Positions 42,601 to 55,704 of a stretch of 64,000 bases of DNA are shown one piece after another. The DNA comes from Eledone cirrhosa (Eukaryota): contig OZ024743.1 of assembly GCA_964016885.1 (NCBI GenBank), positions 118,792,001 through 118,856,000 of the forward strand. Direction: 5' to 3'. The notes under the pieces are model-generated. The model ran no database searches. It was not told where the DNA came from and saw only the letters and a program-made list of their open reading frames with translations. Every line of letters begins with the position of its first letter. Position 1 is the stretch's first letter. The translations under genes were made by a program, and so were the position numbers.

Positions 42601-44157
42601 AGTGGCCGTATCTCTGTTCCAGGTATTATTTATCTCAGTATTCAGATCATTGTCTGCTTCGGGTGGTTCCTCCGTTCTCAGGACCTCTTCACCTTCATTT
42701 CCCACTGGCTCGCTTGTCTGGCATACTACACCCGCCATCTCCAAGCCATTCTCTCTGCTCAGTTCCTCCAGTTCCAGCTCGCTTATCCACCCATTAGTTC
42801 TTATTACCCGAGCCTGACCGGCCAATTTTTGTTCATCTAATTTAAATAAACCAATCTCGTTCCAGATGTTATGCATCCGTCTCCTGTAGCCCCTCTCCTT
42901 GGGGTTACTTTTCAGGTAGCATTGCATAACAGTTCTATTCAATTCTTTCGTCCAGTTGGTTCTGGCCCCTTTCCTTCTTCTTCTTCCTCCAACATCAGCA
43001 GTATTTGGTTGACAGTCAGGTTCCTGCTGCTGAGCCAGGGGGCACCTGTTGGGTGAGAGTCTGTCACATGACGTTCTAGTCTCCATTTTACCGTTATTCG
43101 AACTGTTTATGTTCGATATTTAAACACTCTTATCGAGGATTGGCGAATGTATGGTTACATAGCCAACTGTGGATCCGCCATCCCACTTGGCCCTTGTGTG
43201 GCATTATCACCACGCTGTATACGAACACACATAAACAAACAAACACACAGGTAGAAAGGGCCCCAAAAATAAATAAGCATAAGTTTCATTGTAATGTAGT
43301 GTTCGAATGTCTGACTTAGTTTTTGTTTTTTAAGTTTTAGTTTTTCCCCCCTCTTCTCTGTCCGTCCGCCTGCTTCTCTCTTCATTCTTATTTTCTTTAC
43401 GTTTTTTTGGGTTTTTTTTGTTTTTGTTTTTCTCTGTTTGTTTTTCTCGTTTTTTGCTGTTGTTGCTGTGCTGCTTTGGTTTTGTTGTTTGTTTTTTCTT
43501 TTTTCTTTTGAATCTATCTATATATTTTGATGCCTTCTTCTTTGTTAGTAGTAGGAATTCTATAATGTGGTGGTAGCAGCCAGCTGCAGAAGTGGGTGAC
43601 TGGCGGCGGTAGCGATACTGAGACAGTGGTGGTGGTGATGTCGATACCGAGGCAGTTGTGGCGGTGATGTGACCGTATTACTGTAGTGATGGTGCTGTAG
43701 CGGTGGTAGCAGTGAAGGAGTGAAGGGGTGGTGGCGGCGGTGATGGGATAATGGTGGTAATGATGGCCGTAGTGAGCGGTGGTGGTGAAAATGCCGTTAT
43801 CTGGCTGTTGTGTTTAGTGTACACAGATGATGGGGTGGGTGGTGTATCTAGTTTCTGGTGTTGGTGAGTTTGGCTGTTCTATATAGCGTAGACAGAGGAG
43901 AGGAGGGGGGGGGTTCTTCTTCCATTTATAGCCATTTTCTTTTTTGGATATACAGTGTACAATACAAAGTTGAATATTTGAATATTGGAGCCTTATAACA
44001 ATATATTTTGGGTCCGAATTTTTGGGGGCTCAAGCCGGGTGCTTTACGTAGCATTTGTACTAAGAGTTGTTATTACACAAATGATTTAAATATGTTAAAA
44101 ATTCAAAACTTACGGGAGCGATTTCATGACCTCCGTCACCTCGTGCGTCTTCTTCCC
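39619..44157 (-). mobile_element. R4/Dong-clade RLE non-LTR retrotransposon, apparently full length, in (TAA)n
   Basis: Single long RT-CCHC-RLE frame, short 3'UTR, (TAA)n at both sides, ~1.07 kb leader whose membership in the element is uncertain. Confidence 0.88.
39694..43086 (-). pseudogene. R4/Dong ORF (~1130 codons) with a single in-frame TAG at 41851-41853
   Basis: The 411-aa and 704-aa ORFs share a frame (LKG*AKKLTNWRSPGPDGVQG). Motifs YRPITCL, DYRKAFD, QGDSLSPLLF, FIDD, CRICGEREETVAHIVSEC, RHD, RPDLVV..DVACP..K..Y. Confidence 0.95.
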
Positions 44158-44222
<65 letters not shown>

Positions 44223-45243
44223 GTTCTTTGAGTCTCAGTCATTGATGTTATTTAACTGGAAAGTTTGTTGAAATGAATATCAAGCCACTACCTGCAGCCT
44301 CAGATATTCAGGACGTATCGGAGGGTTCTTGCTGTTCCCAGCAAGCATGCCTTTTGAAGTGTTCCAAAAAGCGGGGCGGGACCAATTTTCTTTAACCATC
44401 CTTGGAAACTCTTGGAGATAGTACCTAGTGCGCCTATGACAATCGGGACCACTTTGACCTCATGACAGTTCCAAAAACCTTTTTACCTCCAAATTTAAGT
44501 CCTGGTATCGGTTAATTTTCTCCCTCTCCTTCTCTTGCACTCTCGTGTCGAATGGGCAGGCTGCATCCACAATCAGGCACGGTCTTTTCCCCTTGTCCAA
44601 AACCACCAGGTCAGGTCTATTGTGTTCCAGTTTCTTGGATGTCTGTATCCTAAAATCCCACAGCACCTTCACCTGATCGTTTTCTATCACCGACTCTGGC
44701 TTATGCTCATGCCACGTCTCAGAATGTGGTACATTGTTTACTTTGCATAGGTGCCAGTAGATCACCCTGCCGATCACATGTCTCCAGCCTTTATAGTGAG
44801 TCTGGGCTAGGTGTTTACACTCGGATACAATGTGAGCCACAGTCTCCTCTCTCTCTCCACAGATGCTCCACAGTGGGCTAGCCTGCTCCTTGTAAATATG
44901 GTGTTTCAACCACTTCGTTTTGAGGGCCTGCTCTTGCGCAGCCATTAGCATTCCTTCTGTAGCCTTTTTAAGGTCTTCTCTTTTCAACCAGTTCCATTTC
45001 TGTGGATCTCTAAATTCAGTTTTCTCAAACAAGGCACTATGAAAGGATTTTTCATGAATGTTGCTCTTTCTCCTTGTTGTTATATCCTCCTTTGACATAC
45101 CCTGGTCTATTGTCCTCTCCTTCAGTACAATTCTGAGCATTGGCTCCCTACCCTCAGTCACGTATTTGTGTAGGTTGTTTTTCTCCATCTGAACACAGTC
45201 CTCTTTGCTGATAAGACCTCTTCCACCTTCAGATCTCTTTAAG
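44223..45243 (-). mobile_element. Second, 5'-truncated R4/Dong copy in (TAA)n
   Basis: Highly similar to 39619-40640; ORF 44460-45188 with frameshifted end. Confidence 0.95.
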
Positions 45244-45261
45244 TATTATTATTATTATTAT

Positions 45262-45414
45262 TATCGGTAGAAGGTTGGATTATGCTTTCCCTTTACGATC
45301 TGAGTTCAATTCCCGCCGAGGTTAACTTTGCCTTTCATCCTTACGGGGTCGATAAAATAAAGTACCAGGAATGTACTGAGATAATTGCTGGCCTTGTGCC
45401 AAAAAGTAGAAACA

Positions 45415-45416
<2 letters not shown>
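45262..45416 (+). mobile_element. tRNA-derived SINE, family 1, between (ATT)n tracts
   Basis: B-box gagttcaattc, family body, tail aaacaatt(att)n. Confidence 0.9.
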
Positions 45417-45453
<37 letters not shown>

Positions 45454-45783
45454 GGCAACCTACGTAGTAAAGCGTATCATCGTATGCTCCGCAAAGGTTG
45501 TTATTTTCAGTTGTTTAAAATTGCCATTTATGGAAATTTTTTATTGTTAACTGTATATAAGTACACATACATTGTTATCTGAAAATGACACCCAAAAAGA
45601 TTGGGGCCTTGAGCCCAAAATTTAAACTTTTATAATTATCAAACAAAAATTTTTCTTTGAAAAATCATGGATGACTCAGTGTCACTCCTTCCTCACAAAC
45701 TAACACCTCACACCGACACCACCATTGTAAATATTACTACGTTTGCCAACACTAAAAATATAAGCAGTAGCAATATTTAAAAT

Positions 45784-47067
45784 TTGTCTCAGGCAGACAT
45801 TCATTTCCCGCGATTACCAATGACTGCAGGTGTTAAAGCCGCCACTACCACCACCACCGCGACAACCACCACCCTCACCACCACCGCGACAGCAGAAACA
45901 AAAGAAAAGAATAAATTAACTCGTGATATCGAAATGAATTCAACCAAAATGAACTCTTCCACACAGAACACCACTGACGCCACCACCACCACAACTAAAA
46001 GTAAAATTAACAATAACAAAAATAACGATAACAACAACAACAATGAAATTAAGAAAACCACCCTGAATTTTGCCAGAGTACCAAAACAGTGCGAAGCATT
46101 TCAGGTAACTCAGGAGGAATTAGAAGAAGCCAAAAAAGTGGTAAAGAAAGATGGGTACAGGGTCAGCCTCATCCCCCCTCACACACGTAATAATATGGAG
46201 CATCGGCGACTATGCACCGTGTCTTATCGAACAATTAATATAAAATCGCGCCAAGTGGAACGGGCATCCGAGTCCCAAATCCAAAAAGCTTTGGAACATG
46301 TGTGGGCAAAAAAACCTCACATCAGATGTGGGCAGAAATATGGAACCGTGGACGTGTTCTTTGAAACACCACAGGAGGCTAGAGAACACTCCATGGCGCC
46401 ATTAAGAAGTGACGACTTCACACTCGTCCCAAGCTATTGTGGCCAGAGACTCGTAAACATCAGGGTGACCCACGTTCCACCGGCCATCGAAATTCCCTGG
46501 CTAATAGCTGCCGTCCTCGCCGGCATCGAAGCCAACACAAAGATAATCGAAATAGCGAAAGAAAAGCAGGAGAACTGGTCCGGATCAGGGATGGAGCTCC
46601 TGATCCAAGCGGACCAACAAAGCATTGAGGAGATCCCAGAGGTAATAGACCTCACTGACGGCAGCCACCTCACCTTAATCGTCGAGGGCAGAAGGCCTAT
46701 GTGTGTCGTTTGTGGTGAAGGAACCCTCCTAAGGGCTTTCTGCCCTCAGGCTAAAAGGTTGAGGCCACCTCTCTTACCCACCCTAGTGACTCAACCATCA
46801 ACAGCACCAGCACCAGAGATGGCAGCAACAACTGTAGCAGCAACAACAGCAGCAATTGTAACAGCAACAGTAACAAAACCAACACCACCACCACCCAACG
46901 CGCCAGAACTAGCACCAGCGCCTACACTATCCACCACGCCACAACCAAAACCAACGCCTGTGGAGGATTTTCCACTCCCCGGCCTATCACAACTGGAGAC
47001 AGATTGTGACGACGAGGAGTGGGAAACGGTATCAGGAAAAAAGAAAAAAAGAAACCAAAAAGAATAA
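45784..47067 (+). CDS. Tx1 ORF1 (427-aa open part; C-terminal region decayed)
   Basis: Homologous to copy B ORF1 (GQKYGTV, PSYCG, ENWSG, EGRRPMCVVCGEGTLLRAFC). Confidence 0.8.
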   Translation: MSQADIHFPRLPMTAGVKAATTTTTATTTTLTTTATAETKEKNKLTRDIEMNSTKMNSSTQNTTDATTTTTKSKINNNKNNDNNNNNEIKKTTLNFARVPKQCEAFQVTQEELEEAKKVVKKDGYRVSLIPPHTRNNMEHRRLCTVSYRTINIKSRQVERASESQIQKALEHVWAKKPHIRCGQKYGTVDVFFETPQEAREHSMAPLRSDDFTLVPSYCGQRLVNIRVTHVPPAIEIPWLIAAVLAGIEANTKIIEIAKEKQENWSGSGMELLIQADQQSIEEIPEVIDLTDGSHLTLIVEGRRPMCVVCGEGTLLRAFCPQAKRLRPPLLPTLVTQPSTAPAPEMAATTVAATTAAIVTATVTKPTPPPPNAPELAPAPTLSTTPQPKPTPVEDFPLPGLSQLETDCDDEEWETVSGKKKKRNQKE

Positions 47068-47630
47068 ATTCTCTTCCCTCACCCTCCAAAAACAAAATAC
47101 AGAGGGAAACAAATAAACTATCAAACAAAAAAGTTAGGACAGATATGCCACCATCCACACCAGCATCACCAACTCCATCACCATAAACACCAACACCATC
47201 ACCATCATTAACCCCAACACCACCATCACCAACACCACAAAAGTCACCAAAAAGCGAAACATAAACAAACCCACAACAAACGCAAACAAAACAAAACAAC
47301 CAAAACGATAGACACTACACAGCATTAAATTTGAACACCAACCAATTATTACACTACATCCAACACAACACCAGCATCACAGTAAAAGACTACACAACAA
47401 CCCAAAATTCACACCACCTCAAATCACTCGCATCACACAGAAAACGTACACGACACTAAAACAAAAATTCCCCAAAGACATCGGAGACTTCCGACAAACA
47501 CTCTCCAGGAGGATTTATATGGACATCCTTCCGGAGGAGGCCACAAGCGGTGAAAAGGATGGACAAAACATCCTTCCTCTACGAGAAGTTAGGTAAGTGG
47601 TCTTTCCCATCTTTTCCACTCCATTTCAAC

Positions 47631-50600
47631 ATGACATCACTCAGAATAGGCAGCATAAATGCGCGTGGCTTGGGGTCGTCATGGAAGCAGGGCCATCTGT
47701 TCAACTAACTCAGGTCACTAAACAGAGATTTAGTGGCCATCAGCGAGACCAGAATCTCCGAAGCACGGGCCTTCGCACCGATCTTCGGCGGTTACGATGT
47801 GTACGCATCTCCCAGCCATCCGGGATCAGGGGGAGGAGTTGCTGTGCTTTTTCGGAGAGGTTTGAATCTCGCCATACGGGCCATCTTCCTGGACCCAGAA
47901 GGTAAGTTGGTAGAGCTGGACGTGACCAGCGGAGACGGGCAAGCTTTCAGGCTAGTGGCCGTCTATGCCGCGACAGGAGCAGGGCGGCCTGATTTCTTCC
48001 GGCGTCTGGATACCTTTCTAGGAACGTCCCGCTCTTTAGTGTTAGTGGGCGACTGCAACGGGATCTTAGATGCACGCTGGGACTGTGTGGGATCAGCGGA
48101 TAGCGGAGGAGGGTGCAAGAGCCTCATCAGCCTGCTCAGGCGTTTTCAACTGTCTGACAGGTACCGATTGGATTTCCCGAATGTGCCAATGTGGACATGG
48201 ACAAATCGCATAGGGTCATCCAGATCATCTGTGTGCTTGATTTAGATAGGCTTCATAGATGAGGACCCGGCTACTGGAAGCTAAACGCGTCCTTACCAGC
48301 GCGCAAGGCCTACAGAGACCGGATTAGCGAACTAGTTAAGCGGGCGTTGACGGGGGCCATCGTCAACAACAAGTGGTGGTTTGCTCTGAAAAGAGAAATT
48401 AGAATAGAGTCCATTAGGTTTAGTAAGGCTTTAGCAATAGAGAAAAATAGAGCAGAGGGAGAATTAGTTAGAAAATTAGAGGAGGCGCTTAGCAAAGGCA
48501 TCGCGACCGACGTAATTGCGTCGAAATTGGCCCTTGACCAATTCTTCAATGCAAAGCACGAAGGCTGCGTTGTCAGAGCTAGGGTGCGTGCTCTCAGACA
48601 CGAGGGGACGAAAGCCGTTCAGTGGGCCCGAGTGGCGGAGGCGCGTCGTGGCAACAAAGCCACGATCCGGTCTTTGGTGGACCACGACGGGCGCATGCTA
48701 CTCGATGCCGGGCAAATGTGTGAAGCTTTTCAGCGACACTTCGCTCAAATGTTCGGAGGCAGCGGCGGGCCGGATCGAGGGATGGACTTTAGTGTCTACC
48801 TCGACGGACTGCCGCGGATCTTGGCCACTGAGGCGGAGTGTTGCGAAAAGCCGATAACAGCCGCTGAAGTACGGGAGGCAATGACTGGCTGCACAAGGGG
48901 TAAATCGCCTGGTTTGGATGGTCTGCCCTATGAACTTTACGTACAAATGCCAGACTTGTTTGGAAGCCTCTTGGCGGACGTCTACTGCAACTGGCAACAG
49001 AACGGGAGAATTCCCAGCTCTGTGAGCCGAGGAACGGTGGCGCTGGTGAGAAAGGATCCGAACAAAGGGGATAACATAGATAATTTTAGGCCCAAAACTC
49101 TGCTAAACACAGAGTTCAAGATTTTGGCCAAGGTGCTAGCAAAGAGGTTGGCGTTTGTCGTTGGTGGTCTGGTGGGAGAGGCGCAGACATACTCCATTCC
49201 CGTCAGATCCATCCACGACAACCTCCACCTCATGCAATACATCGTAGAGAGGGTAGCTAGGGAACCTGGAACGGGTGGGTCCTTGATAAATTTAGATCAG
49301 TCGAAAGCTTTCGATAGGGTCTAACATCGTTACCTAGCGGCAGTCCTGAGGGCGGCTGGCTTTGGGCCCGTCTTCAGAGGCTGGATCGCTGCCATGCACA
49401 GCGACATCTGCTCTGTGGTGAGAGTGAACGGTCACCTTTCGGAACCGTTCAACATCATGCGCTCAGTCCGCCAAGGATGTCCCCTCTCGTTCCTCTTGTA
49501 CGTATTGACTCTCGAGCCATTACTACAGAAACTGGAGACGTTGAGGGGGGTCCCGCGCGAACTAGGATGCGCAAGATCAGTGTCAGCATATGCGGACGAT
49601 GTCACCGTAGTGGTGTCGAACGCCAAACACATGGAGGCGATCGGCACTACACTAAGAGAATACGAAGCGGTGACAGGAGCAATGATCAACCAGGAAAAGT
49701 CAGTGGGCCTGCAGCTCGGCACCTGGAGAGGCAGGTCCATGCCGTCCAACAGCGTCGTCGGGCGCTGGACGGAGGGACAGGTTAAATTGCTAGGGTTCTG
49801 GTTCGGTCCGGATCTCCAGACAGACAAAAACTGGGACGAGGTGACGAGCAGAGTGGCTTCTCTCGCCCAGAAATGGGCGGAGAGGTCGAGCGGAGGTGCC
49901 TAACGCGTACATCGCGTCCGTCATCTACTACCGCCTGACCGTCTTACCTTGTCCTAAGCCCCGCCTGACTGCGCTGGAGCGTTTGCTCTTTCGCTTTTTG
50001 TGGAAGGGACGCGCTCCGATGGTCAGGCGGTCCATCTGCTGTCAACACCCGCTACGTGGAGGGCTGGGCATGCCGTGGCTGATGATGCACAGACACGCGC
50101 TCAGGCTACGACATCTCCATCTCTTCCTCGACGATGATCAGGTGTGGTCGCCGTTTGCTAGACACGTCTTTCCCCAGCTCGTCTCCTTGACGGAGCTGAA
50201 GTCCTGGGTCAAGCGAAGACCGAGAGAGAGCGCTTGGAGACTGGTATGTCTTCAGGCGCTCACTGCCCTCGACCAATCGGGCAATGTGATCGGTGGAAAC
50301 TCCACCTTGGCGTTCTATAGAGGATTAGTGGAGGGGAAGGGCGACGACGTACTTGGAGAAACTCTAGGCGTCGACGAAAATCAACTAGCCAATCTCTTCG
50401 GAAGGACTTTCGGGCCGGGGCCTATGGACAACTTCCAGAAATCCCTGGCCTGGCAGTGCTACCGAAGAGCTTTGCGGGTTCGGGATAAACTCTACAGGCA
50501 TGGAGGTGCCGTCAAGCCGGGCATGTCCGAGATGCGCGCTGAGCGACGAAACCGTCCTGCACGCACTCATCCAGTGTCCGAGCATTGCTGACTTGTGGGT

Positions 50601-50940
50601 TTATGTCGAACACCTGCCGTCATGTGCAGGACGGATCCAGCTATCAGCTGAGTCCATCGTGAGGATTGCCCCGCCTTCTTGCTTTAGCCGGGAAGGGCAG
50701 GCAGTTTTTATCTGTCTGGTGGCCATGGCGAAAGAGATAGTATGGTGGACACGTTTGAAAGGGCTGAAGACGAGCACTTACCTCTTCGGTAATGCCCTGA
50801 TTAACGTTTTCAAATTTCATTTGAAAAGGAAAATCAGGCTAGAGAGGGAAGTGCTCTCTTCCCAGCATGTTGTTGAAAGATGGGTGAGAGAAGAAAGTAT
50901 GGCCCGTGTGAATGGGCCTACTCTGAGTATCTGTTTGTAA
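47631..50940 (+). pseudogene. Tx1 ORF2 APE-RT (disrupted)
   Basis: SINARGL, ISET, KSPGLDGLP, DQSKAFDRV*, RQGCPLS, AYADD, CPRC..ETVLHALIQC; frameshifts present. Confidence 0.95.
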
Positions 50941-51436
50941 ATTAAAGGTGGAAAACTGGGAGAGGGCACTTGCCCTGGTGGTCAGGGTCACTGTGGCCTT
51001 TTAATGGGCTTTCTCCACAAATGTCCCTCGGAAGTCTCCTCCCTATTGGGGAATTTTTCATTCTTATTTTTTATTACATCCTCTGTTTTTTTTTACACGC
51101 AGAAATGCCCATTTGTACCGTCCTGTATTGTCCTGTACTGTCATTAATGTCTACTTTAGGTAAACCCTTGTGGTTAATAAAGAAATCATTATTTTTGTTA
51201 TTATTATTATTATTATTGTTATTATTATTGACTTTTCATATCTTCTCTTATGAAATTATCAGAATTGAGGCTGAGTGTTATTTATTTCCTTTCAATAGAA
51301 AAAAAATGAAATAAAATTGCATAATATGATGAATGGATGTATAAAAACCATCAGATTTTGCTAACATATTCTATGATCTGCAAAAATCCCCGTCATTTAT
51401 TTCGTTTTTGCTTTGCAGCAGCAGAAACAGCAACAC

Positions 51437-51502
<66 letters not shown>

Positions 51503-52933
51503 CAGCAGCAGCAGCAGCAAGCGGTAGTAGGGAAATGATACTTTTGAAATTCGTGTTATTATTATTGGGGAAAAATCATCGAGTTTATTTTATAAATAGA
51601 ATAGCGAAACAAAGGAAAATAAAATGTGATTACTAAAATCAAAATAATTTTAGATCGGTACAAAATATGCAATTCATCATTTTTTTCCTTTTAAATATTT
51701 CACTGTGATTAGATGCCCAAATGATATGTTTGAGTACAAAAATAAAATTCTTTAGAAAATGTTGCTTTTCATATTAAAATAACCATGAAGCATTAGCTGG
51801 ATTTTCATTTAATTTTTTTTTTAAATAACATCTAACTCACCAAACAAAACATTCATTGCAGACAAATTTACGACAGTATTTCAACAAATAATTTTTTCGA
51901 TATTATATGAAAATTTAAATGGACATCAAACCTTATTGTAAACTGCTATCTATAGAGTACGATTTGGGGAATAGGTGTGCGAACATTTGCTTTAATATAC
52001 TGAACCTTAGTTTGTTTCGACTGTAGAATTGCGAGCCAATGAGAGGACGTGGTTCTGATGTTGATCAAGCTGGTAGAAAAAGTAGTTCGAACAATAAGAG
52101 CTAAATAGAAGTAAAAATAGAGATTAAATCGCTCAGAAACATTCTCGAGCCTCTTAAAAGAGAAAGGGATAATGTAGTTTAAAATAAATTACATCTTATT
52201 GTAAGATGGATGTCCGCTTCTGGAATATCTTCAATCATAAATTTCCTTGATCAAGGTTACACATACGGCTAAACAGAAACAACAACCAACTGTAGTTGCG
52301 TGATACCAGTAATAAAACATGAATCATAGCATTGTTAGCTGCGAATTGAGTTCAAAGGGGAGATTAAATTGGATGAATTAATCGAATGCTTCTTTTGTTT
52401 GTATGATTTTTTAGTTGTTGTTTTTTTTACATTTGCGTTACTGAACTCTATTTACAACACATCAGTTTTTACTTTCAGAAGAAGAATTCTAGAGCCATGT
52501 AATGTTCTGTTAAAAATATGAATTAAGGATAGTAAAATAGTGGAAATCTTGTTGCGACAAAAGATAAATTTATCTTGTGATTCGTATTCGCGGTGTCCTA
52601 GAGTCGTGGCTTTCATCTTGTAGTCAAGCACAACTTCGAACCCAAACCAGACATAAACCACTCGCCTAAACTTGATCTCAGACACCCTATCAAATGTATC
52701 CCTATGTCCAGTTAAATCAATAAATATATACATACACACAAACAGCCCCATCTATGTGTGTTTATATATATATATATATATTTATATAAACACACACACA
52801 CATATATATATATATGCGTGTGTATATATTGAAAGAAAAACGTTTGACTTCACTATTTGAAAGAGCTCTATATCAAATAGTATTCAACAAATGTTTCATA
52901 CACATCCACCCCACCCCCAAATACACACAGACA

Positions 52934-52966
<33 letters not shown>

Positions 52967-54348
52967 GCGCGCGCATATATATATATATATGCGTGTGTGT
53001 GTGTGTATTTGTGTCTACCTATGTATGTAATGTGGAAGATACCTCAGTAGTTAGTTAGGTTCGAGAATTATTGAATTCACCCCACACCTAAAAAAGGAAT
53101 TAATGACGGAATTTAGTTGTATTAATGACAAGTTCATACAATAAGTCGTCTTTCATCTTAAATTCGTCCTGTCTTTACTTAACAGCTGCTTTTTTTTTTT
53201 ATTAGTTAATGAGATAAAATTTGAAGAAGAAAAACACGGTAATTCGAAGACTTGCGTTTCTACTCCATTGGTTTAAGCAATACTCATATAAATGAAGGTT
53301 TGAACGGGGTGGGGAATCAAGTAAGTTTGAGAAAGAATGACGTGTGTGTTTTTATTAGATTCCAAACGTTGATGAAGGTACGAATAGATGCTACTAGTTT
53401 TAGCAGTTCAATTTCAAATTATAGAAGAAACTTCTTAAGTTGTTTTGTATGTAATTCCAACGGTCCACGTGTCTTTGAAATGTTTTGTTTTAAGTTTCTT
53501 TTTTTTTTTGGGGGGGGGGTCGATTTTTTTAATGTTTTTAGAGGCACGCATAGTCATTTTCGCTTGCTTCTCAACCAAGAGGTTGCAAGTTCGATATTAA
53601 TGCGCAGCCCCTTAAATAAGCACCTTCTGTTGTAGCCTCATATTGGTCACCAAAATTGACTGATAAGTCTTCTTCTTCTTCTTCTTCGCCTACGTATTCC
53701 ACAGATCCTTCGTAGGAAACCCATTTTTAGCCGTTTGTATTCTCGATTATATACTTTCGGTCATTAGACAAGATTTTACGTCCTGAGTTAAGGATTCAAA
53801 GGTATACCGAATTGAAGATAACGAGTTTGGCTTTTAAACCTACTTCCCTTCTTCTGATAACCGACTGATGAAACTGGCACACTGCTGCACCAATTTCTAA
53901 AATTCTTGCATTAAATTCAGCCTCATGCCATCAATCACTCGTGAAAATGTTTGTTTTAAAAAAGAATAGTTTTCCCCGTAAAAAGAAAACATTTAATAAG
54001 AAGAAAATATATTTGTGATTTTTAAACAAATAATCTACACTAAAGTTTTGCCATAAATTAGACCTTTATGACTTTAATCTAACCGCATGGTGCCTAAAGA
54101 ACTTATGTTTATTTTGCCTATTTAATCAACTGCCTTGTATAGGCGTTTTTCGGGAAAAAAATTAATATCTATAGTTTATTGACGATGGTTTGTTGTTTAT
54201 CTATCGGACATGTATTCTCCTGGGTATATATTGATTTCCTGTTGGTTGATTGCATTAAAATTGAAAAGTGCGTAGGAATTAATAAATTCAGTAGAAGTAT
54301 AATCTTTGGTTTTTCACTTGAATTAAAATATACACACACACATATATC

Positions 54349-54435
<87 letters not shown>

Positions 54436-54494
54436 GTATGTGTGTATGTATGTGTGTGTATATTTGCATATGTGTTTCAGTGTGTGTGTGTATT

Positions 54495-54600
54495 CGGTAT
54501 AGGCTTCTGTTCGCTGCATTCTGATTTCAAATCTGGTCGAAGTCAACTTTGACTTTTCTCCTATCAAGTTCGATAAACAAAGCTACAGCCCAGTGCTGCG
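54495..54600 (+). mobile_element. Decayed SINE related to family 1
   Basis: ctgatttcaaatc..gaagtcaactttgacttttctcc..cgataaa. Confidence 0.55.
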
Positions 54601-54712
54601 TTGGTTCTTCATTCATAGGAGTTTATTTCTATTTCTTTCTCTACCCCCATCTCTTTCATGGTTGGCATATGACCCTTTATTTTTTTTATTAAATGCACAC
54701 ACACACACATAT

Positions 54713-54791
<79 letters not shown>

Positions 54792-54793
<2 letters not shown>

Positions 54794-54850
54794 ACAAAGG
54801 AATTGTGGTAAGGAACCAGATGGACCATAACGTACCAGTGAACTCAATAT
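54792..54850 (+). repeat. (TA)n-abutting terminal module homologous to 4025-4085 (minus)
   Basis: acaaaggaattgtggtaaggaaccagatggaccataacgtaccagtgaactcaata vs acaaagaaactgtggtaggaaaccaggtagaccataacgcaccagagtactcgata. Confidence 0.75.
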
Positions 54851-54918
54851 TGGTGCGTGTGTTTCTTATTGGCAACATGACCCTCCCAAAGTATAACAAT
54901 ATTGGTTTCAACACACGT

Positions 54919-54978
<60 letters not shown>

Positions 54979-55352
54979 CTGTATATAATAGAAAAAACGA
55001 GGCAATTTCGTTTACACATAAAACATTTGTTGTGTATCGACCTGTCACGCGCGTATCGCAGAGGATTGGCTCAGAGTCACTCATAGGAGTTATGGACCCG
55101 ACTGCACTAGCGATCTGTTCCTCAGACGGTCGATGTAACAAAAATATAAGGCACGCATCACCAAATATATCTACACTCACTCAATGGTCTAAATGCACCA
55201 CCCCTCTTCCTCTAATCTGCTCTTACCACTACACCCAATACCAACCCTCATCCAATTACACATAGAGACATCCGATACGTTAAACGTTTTTTTCTCTTTC
55301 ATCCAAAACGTGTACTAAATAAAACTAGTTGCATTTCTGAATTTCATTCTTT

Positions 55353-55395
<43 letters not shown>

Positions 55396-55641
55396 GAGAA
55401 TCCAATCCACAAGTCTGGTGAGCTATCGATTTCAGAGTTAGGCCCGATCACTACCAATCGTACCTTGAGTTGATTGATCGTGAAATACGCGTCCTGTGTG
55501 AATTAATTATTGATGTTATATTGATACTTCATTTCTGCTCCTTATTATTATAAATAACATTGCTTCTTAAGGATACCGATAACAGTGAAGTCCCAAACAT
55601 AGAATCCCACATCGGTAGCCAGACAACACTACATACCAATA

Positions 55642-55704
<63 letters not shown>

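Larger units (their letters stand above)
45454..51187 (+). mobile_element. Full-length L1/Tx1-clade LINE copy C (second subfamily) flanked by (ATT)n
   Basis: ORF1, APE-RT ORF2, 3'UTR ending aataaagaaatcatt. Confidence 0.95.

Noticed and set aside
34229-50585. Antisense and alternative-frame ORFs overlapping the LINEs
   Set aside because: Shadow frames of GC-richer retroelement ORFs with no independent motifs.
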